In this document: positions 60,801-64,000 of the stretch, piece by piece
Layout of the letters: the number at the start of each line of letters is the position of its first letter
How positions within the stretch are numbered: position 1 is the stretch's first letter
Source of the DNA: Podarcis melisellensis
Lineage: Eukaryota
Assembly (NCBI GenBank): GCA_964234715.1
Contig: OZ174290.1
Reading direction: 5' to 3' (one strand)
DNA length: 64,000 nt
The notes under the pieces: generated by a model
Databases searched by the model: none
The model's input: only the letters and a program-made list of their open reading frames with translations
What the model was told of the DNA's origin: nothing
Made by a program: the position numbers and the translations under genes

Positions 60801-62080
60801 GAAGAGACAGATTTATCCATTTCAGTTTCTCATTTCCCCCATCTTAAGTTTGCGAAGTTTGCTATATATATTTTTTAAAAAAGAAAAAGCTCTCACGAAT
60901 ATTCGCCAGCATTTTAGTGTACATTTCTCCCAACAGAAACATCACAAGCAATAACCCCCTAATGTATAATACATTTTGTATGGTATTTTTTGCTAATCTG
61001 TGCATTGTAATTCACATTTGCATTTCTACGTACATTTTCTGGCTGGAGACCTGCAGCACAAAATTCAGAGGCATGCAAATCTTGAAGGACATTTTCATGT
61101 TGGTCCATATATCCCAAGAAGTGCAAATTAGGTGGGTGTGCATTAAACTTCCTCCCCCTATTCTTAGTCACAACTCCATCATAATGTCTCCCACACCAAA
61201 CTTTTCCTTTGGTGACGCACTGAAAGAAGGAGCAGCAGTTATTTCCATGACGAAGTGCCCTACACGTTCTGAATGCCCCCTCCTCCTGCCAGACATCCTT
61301 GTCCTGCAGATCCATTATACTTACTGATACTCCACTGGTCCTCCATTTTACACAGCTTCACCTCTCTGCCTTGGGAACACGTGGGATTATATTGGGGCTT
61401 CATCTGTAAGTACAGCCTCCTGCAGGCCTAATCATGTAAAGTGGCTATTTGAATAACAGTTTTCGGTGACTGTACTTTTCTGTAATTTCCAAAAGGAAAC
61501 AAATCTATGCAGACTGCAATTTTGTGCCTATGAATTTTGAATGAATATCACTAAGTGCCTTTTGTGCGAGCTCAATTCCCTGCTTTTATCCTTCCTGGCT
61601 TCCCTTTCCTGAGCCTGGCAGATCACTATGAAAACTGAATGTAATTTACAGCTTCCGCCCGCAAAGCTTTGGAGAAGGCCAGGATGACCAGATCTGATAA
61701 AAGGCAAAGTATCTCTGAAGAAGATACCTTATCACAAAGGAAATCTGGGCAGGTGAAGCTTCCTTCACCCCTCCAGCACTGTTATGTTCGCCAGACCTTA
61801 ATCTGGTCATTGTGTCTAAAATTTCCAGTGGGCCAATGCAAAATGAGAGGAAAGTAACTTCACCGGCAGTAGATGAGGGTACAAGAAAGGAGGACTAAAG
61901 AAGGTGGAGGACTAAAGGACCCTGAGCAGAAGCAGTTCAGCAGAGAGGGAATAGTGAACCACTGTGATAGCTTCCTTGTAGGTGGGTCTTTCGAGGAATG
62001 AAAGATGAGGACAACATGGTGCTAACACATTGGTAGGAGTACTATTGGTAGGAGTACTATGCCAGGACTAATGCCACACT

Positions 62081-62386
62081 CAGGGCCGTCTTACCCATAG
62101 GCACTAGGGCTGCGAGGCACCCGGGCACTGGGCTCTCAGGGGTGCCAAGAGTCTGGGACCTGAGAGTTGAGTCTGGGGAAGAGCCTGCCCGTTGGTCGGA
62201 GCACCACAGTGGGCTCTTCTGCTGCGGGCGGCTCTGCACCGCAAGTTTGGGGGCAACCAAGCCAGCAAGATGCTGAGGCAGCCAGCTGGCTTCGCCCTCC
62301 TGTGCACCTGGGACTGGGCAACCTGTGGGGGGGGGCACCGGGCAGATCTTTGCACCCCGGCGCTGCATATGCTTAAGACAGTCCTG
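62081..62386. mobile_element. hAT-type MITE
   Basis: TIRs CAGGGCCGTCTTA / TAAGACAGTCCTG; TSD GCCACACT/GCCTCACT. Confidence 0.82.
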
Positions 62387-63202
62387 GCCTCACTCCTCCC
62401 CTGTCGGTAAGCAACAGTGACCCACCTGCTGGGAAGCTAGCACAGTGACTCCACTCTACCTGGCAAGCCACTCTTCATGCTCATTTTGGATCTGATGTGA
62501 ACCCCTGACACTTTTGCTCTAGAGATATGTGTCTTGGTGACATCTCCAGCTGAACTTGCCAGTATTGTCTCCTTCAGTTTAGAGGCCACCTTCCAGACAG
62601 ACGTGAGCCTTAGAATCTATCAATTAAAAAAATTAAGCATCAAGCGGTACTAGGTACCTGAATTGAGGATGTTCATCAATGAAGGGTGGTATGCAAATTT
62701 AATAAATAATAATAATAAATAGTAACAGATTGTTGCTCTGAAGAACATTGAAAGAAGTCTTTGTGGCTTCCTTGCTTTATTTGTTGAATTCCCCCTGTGT
62801 TAGTGTGCCTTTTTTAAAAAAAAAAAAATGGTTGTTTTAAAGTGTTTTTACAACTCTCTTTTATTGCAGAAGTACTGCTGGGCCTCCCTAGCGCCCTGAG
62901 CGTGCTGAAGGAGGGGGCACATTTGCGGCAATTACACTGTGCTGCCGAATCACTTGCTGTCGTCTTCTAGAGGGGTAGCCAGAATTTAGCAGCTGATGGA
63001 ATGCTTCCTATACAGCAAGGTTCCCCCAACTTTAAAATCCATGTATAAAGCAGCTTTGTGATCACAGCAGATAAAAGGCACTATATAAAAGGTAAATCAT
63101 TATCTTTAAAAGCCTTCTGCATCTTTTAAACCTAAGTACTGGAATATAATAAAAGCAAGAACAGTTGGGTATGTTGTGTGTACATGCTGAACTGAATCAA
63201 AA

Positions 63203-63416
63203 ATCATAGAATTGTAGAGTTGAAAAGGGACCCTGAGGGTCATCTAGTCCAACGCCTTGTAATGCAGAAATATCAACTAAAGCATCCATGGTAGATGGTC
63301 ATCCCACCTCTGCTCAAAAACCTCAAATGAAGGAGAGTCCACAACCTCCCAAGGGAATCCGTTCCACTGTCAAACAACTCTTACTATCAGAAAGTTCTTC
63401 CTGGTGTTTAGTCGAA
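63203..63416 (-). mobile_element. CR1 LINE 3' end
   Basis: ATCATAGAATTGTAGAGTTG...GGGACCCTGAGGGTCATCTAGTCCAAC...GTTCCACTGTCAAACAACTCTTACT is the reverse complement of a CR1 terminus. Confidence 0.85.
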
Positions 63417-64000
63417 AGAAGTGAACCTGGGTGATGTGAGATTATAATGCTTTTATTTTCCTCTTTGCAATTGGTGACCCAATATCTGATTTGGAGGCAG
63501 AAATGTGTTGAGATGTTGTTGATGCTTCCCTAATTAGCAGTAAGTTCAGAATGCAACATTACAGGGTTTAAAGTTTTCTTTGTATAAGAGATGACCCTGA
63601 AGTCCAGACTTCTGTGTTTTTGTGATATCTGCTTATTTTCAAGCATAACCTTTGGACACAGGGGAGCAAGCAAGCACTCAACAGGTAGTGCTAGAGACTA
63701 TCAATCTATTTCAGATTCCCCCAGAGCAACAGCATGTCTTTCTGGAGCCCATCACCGCTGTGAATCTTACTTGCAAGCCAGCTGCAAGAATCAGGTCTCT
63801 CTCTGTCCTGTTAGTTGAAATGCCAGCAGCTTCCTCAGTCGCACACATGCACACCCTGATGGAAAACTAATCACATGGCTGAACTACATATTTGGTGATA
63901 GACCAAACTTGAGTGCAGGTACAGAGTGGGTGCAATTCAGAGTGGAGCAGTAGTAGGTGGGGCACATAATTATTCCTCCCATCATCAATTCTCCTCTGCA

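Noticed and set aside
62029-62060. 15-bp tandem duplication ATTGGTAGGAGTACT
   Set aside because: Ordinary slippage duplication with no further structure.

Overview
This is vertebrate nuclear DNA, almost certainly from a squamate and most likely a lacertid lizard, judging by Sauria SINEs, Bov-B, Squam3-like SINEs and squamate-type MITEs. I found no convincing host protein-coding exon, so the window reads as a large intron or gene desert: dense transposon relics interleaved with repeat-free segments that look like conserved non-coding elements. The only long ORF (25005-26561, minus strand) is the reverse-transcriptase half of a young, 5'-truncated Bov-B LINE. Almost all other ORF-track entries are chance ORFs in repeats. 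There is no prokaryote-type system (CRISPR, operon, defence island). The best leads are: (1) three solo LTRs carrying a ~110-codon reading frame whose C-terminus is conserved in protein with mostly synonymous DNA differences; (2) two Penelope-like relics with minimal hammerhead-ribozyme motifs, one as a 68-bp palindrome with a motif on each strand; (3) an unclassified repeat whose AATAAA can be folded into a hairpin; (4) MITEs carrying telomeric repeats, ETS/NRF1-like motifs or a 27-bp internal array. All alignments were done by eye, and family names come from recognition rather than a database search.
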